Origin: Haplodiscus bocki
Taxonomy: Eukaryota
Length of the DNA stretch: 64,000 bases
Assembly (NCBI GenBank): GCA_965655095.1
Contig: OZ296654.1
Location: 76,880,001-76,944,000 of the forward strand
Direction: 5' to 3'
The notes under the pieces are model-generated. The model had not been told where the DNA came from. It ran no database searches and saw only the letters and a list, made by a program, of their open reading frames with translations. Shown here in pieces: positions 60,892-64,000 of the stretch (within the stretch, counting starts at the first letter, position 1; each line of letters opens with the position of its first letter). The translations under genes were made by a program, and so were the position numbers.

Positions 60892-63762
60892 CTATCCTCC
60901 AACCATCTGAGCGTACTTCTCTACAACTGCCAATCATTGATTTCTATCCAACGCAGACTGAAACTCGCCGACTATCTAATAATCCACCAACCAGCAACAG
61001 TGTGTTTAACAGAAACGTGGCTCTCTGATTGCCACTTTGATGTGAACGTCCTTCCAAACTGTAGTTATGGGACAATATCACAGTCGATGAGGAAGTCAGG
61101 CCAACATTGAGGTGTTCTTATAGCTATAAATAACACAGTGGCGAAACGTTATGCTGAGGTGTCGATGCCGGACTGTGACTTTGCCTGTGCTACTCTCCTC
61201 AACTCCGATGCAGGCTTCTGGCTTCTAATTGCAATATACAATCCACCGCGTAATTCAAGTTACTGCTTGGAACCTAATGTTATTACCGGCTGCATAGATC
61301 ATTTCGTATCAACTGCAAGGGGTCTTAACCTCTCAGATGCCCCCATGAAACTTGTCATTGTTGGTGATTTCAACCTCCCACAAGTTAACTGGGTAACATA
61401 TCTTGGTTCAAGCGAGTACTCTCATACTATTCTCAACTATCTTGACTCACACAACCTGATTCAGAACGTAATGGAACCTACACATCGAAGCGGGAATATT
61501 CTAGATTTCGTCTTCGCCGCTGATGGTACAGCTGTAACAGTGGCCAATGTCAATCTTATCTCAGACCATTACCCAATTACCTTTGATCTCGTCCTTGAGC
61601 TTCCAATCATCAGGGGTTCGTCCTCCGTTTCTGTTTATTCCAAATCTTCCTTCAACGAACTCTGTTTTTGGTGGAATCTGTCATTTCTACACAGTTATTG
61701 CGTCTGGAGGAATCCTAATGAGATAACTGTGGGAGACTGGTATTGTCTCTTCAATTACGCCTTAATGAGTTCAATCTCTCTCAAGCGCAAACGTCGTGAA
61801 CTTCCGTATTACTATTCTTCGCACTCAGTTCATCTCCTCAACCAGCAGAGCACGATCACTAGGCATCTGCAGAGACAGTGGACATTGAGGGACGCTCTGG
61901 ATCTTAAGCGTGTTAAGCTTGATGTCACGCGCTCTATTGAATTGGATGAAACGCTGCTCCGATCCGAATTGGGCCCAACGAGTAATTGTTTCCGGTTTCT
62001 GTCAAGCAAGAATAAGCCAATGCCCTCGTGTATGAAACGGCATGACAATGTTGCGTTCTCCGATTCGGACAAAGCCGAGTTATTTAATTCGTATTTCGCT
62101 TCCGTATACAGTGATACCAGTTCCATTGACGCAGTTCACTCAGAGCCATCCAACGGGTCCTCGGGCTCTACTATTCTCCTGCAGGACGTCCCATTTTCAG
62201 TTGATCGTGTTGAGAAACTGTTGTGCAAGATTAATGATAGTTCTACGTACTCGTTTGATCTAGTCCCCCTTTTTGTTCTTCAATCCCAATCATCTAACAT
62301 TTCCACCTCTGTTTTCCCACTCTTTTGCTCCATCCTAAACTGTGCGATATGGCCTGATGTCTGGAAAACCTCTATTATAACTCCTATACATAAAAAAGGT
62401 CGAACAGATGATGTGACAACTTACAGGCCAATTGGTATTCTTCCCAATCCCAAGCTCTCCCTCGTACTCGAGCGCATCTTTTTTGACTTCATATACCCGA
62501 AAGTCCGATCGAAAATTTCCAGGTCTCAGTTCGGTTTTATGTCAAAGAAGTCGACCGTTCCTCAGCTCATAGCCTTCCTTGACAACCTATGCAAGTACTG
62601 TGACGTTAACGAACCGTGTTTTGTCGTCCTTTTTGACATTCAGAAAGCATTCGACACGGTACCGCACTCTCTCTTGATTTCGAAGCTACAGACATACGAG
62701 TTCGATCATAGCTTTCAGATGCTTTTTTCATCGTACCTAACACTCGGACAACAGATGGTCAAATCCAAGGGATGCTTGTCGAGTAAACAAACTATCGGCA
62801 GCGGTATACCCCAAGGCAGCGTGTTGGGCCCGCTGCTGTTCCTACTTTTTGTTAACGATATGCCTGATGTTGTCGTCCTTTCAAACTGTTTCTTGTTCGC
62901 CGACGACTGTAAAGTACAGGGTTCCAACCCAACTTTGGTACAAAACGACATCAACTCTCTAGTAAGCTGGTGCTTGAGGAACAACACGAGGTTTCATCCG
63001 CAGAAAACCCAAGTCCTTTGTTTTGGCAGTACGCATCAATTCCTCCTAAGCCAGAAACCAATTAAGACCGTCGCAACAATCGACGACCTAGGCATCCGTG
63101 TGAGCAGCAACCTCTCATGGAATGCACATGTAGACTGGAAGATCGGTAAGGCGTCGCGTGCTCTATTCAACATTCGCAGCTGTATACCTTTTACAACCAA
63201 CCCAGAGACGAAATTGCGCCCTATTAATTCCCTCTTCCTCCCTATTCTTCTGTAAGGATCCCAAGCATGGTGTCCTAGTATTACATCCATTCGCTCTCTC
63301 ATGACAAACCACTTCAGATGCCTAAAATGGGTTGTTGGCTCTAGCATGGATTACAAGACTTGTCTACAATGACCAAACTCTCTACCTAACTGTTATCAGC
63401 TGATTCTGAGCGACCAAACACATCTTTGGAAAATTTTTCATAATCACCTTGACATCAACTTACCAGATTATATTCAGCTGAATTCTGGCTACTCATTAGT
63501 AAACCGACATCGGCGCACCTTCATCATAAAACACTGTAAGAAGAGAAAAACTGAGGAGTCATTCTTTACTAGAGCGTCTGCACAAGCAAATTATCTTGCT
63601 CTCAGAAATGTTGACATCCCTGATCCCAGCTTCGGGACTTACCGCAAAAATTTTTTATCTTATCTTCATCTACAAGTCTCCGAAAAAGTTAACCTAATTA
63701 ATTCATGTTCATTTCACATCAACTGCTCTTGTTCATTCTGTAGAATGCGTCCACTCGCTTAG
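60892..63762 (+). pseudogene. LINE B ORF2: APE endonuclease plus RT, with in-frame stops
   Basis: YNCQSL, TETW, YNPP, GDFNLP, GNILD, SDH, YRPI, QFGF, FDIQKAFD, GIPQGSVLGP, FADD and C-terminal CSFHINCSCSFC. Stops at 61108, 63253 and 63370, all in a single frame. Confidence 0.92.
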
Positions 63763-64000
63763 CTGACATCTCTGACTGATTCAACTTCCTTGGTTTCATT
63801 ACACTTTGCTTAATTCTTTTCTGGGTCAATTACTTACTCGCTCGCTGATCAAACTGAATAAACTTAAATGTTAATGCTTTCTTGTCGTTCAAGAATAAAG
63901 TCTTTTAATAATAATATTATCAAAGAAGTTTAGCCATGCACTGTGAAAACTGCCTTAGATCAGTTGAACCTTATTGATCTGTCTAAAGTAGTATCGGAAA

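Larger units (their letters stand above)
59853..63870 (+). mobile_element. LINE B: near-full-length CR1/L2-group non-LTR retrotransposon
   Basis: Leader copy 3 (59853-59899), 5' UTR, PHD ORF1, APE-RT ORF2 and a 3' UTR with AATAAA (63857-63862). Confidence 0.92.

Overview
AT-rich eukaryotic (invertebrate animal) genomic DNA with one 200-N gap. The host species cannot be established from the window alone. Two host genes are recognisable, both on the minus strand and both ER-translocon associated: a 10-exon CCDC47 (PAT complex subunit, about 582 aa, 47416-56299) and an intronless SPCS1 (98 aa, 58694-58990). A probable terminal exon of a third gene ends about 120 nt upstream of SPCS1. The rest is mostly mobile DNA: two near-full-length CR1/L2-group LINEs (PHD-finger ORF1 plus APE-RT ORF2; 1697-5547 and 59853-63870), the 5' end of a third, about five decayed LINEs, MULE and BEL/Pao remnants, a tRNA-derived SINE, degenerate repeats, and many heavily decayed Polinton/Maverick-like fragments. 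The most notable signal is that three LINEs with otherwise dissimilar sequence all start with the same structured 50-97 nt leader ending in CTTCAG. The host genes carry acceptor-like TTCAG sites a few nt before their ATG, in an operon-like layout. This suggests LINEs whose 5' end is supplied by spliced-leader trans-splicing. Both near-full-length LINEs also join ORF1 to an ATG-less ORF2 through a single in-frame UGA-C, which points to stop-codon readthrough. Calls on decayed elements rest on short motifs read by eye and are low confidence.
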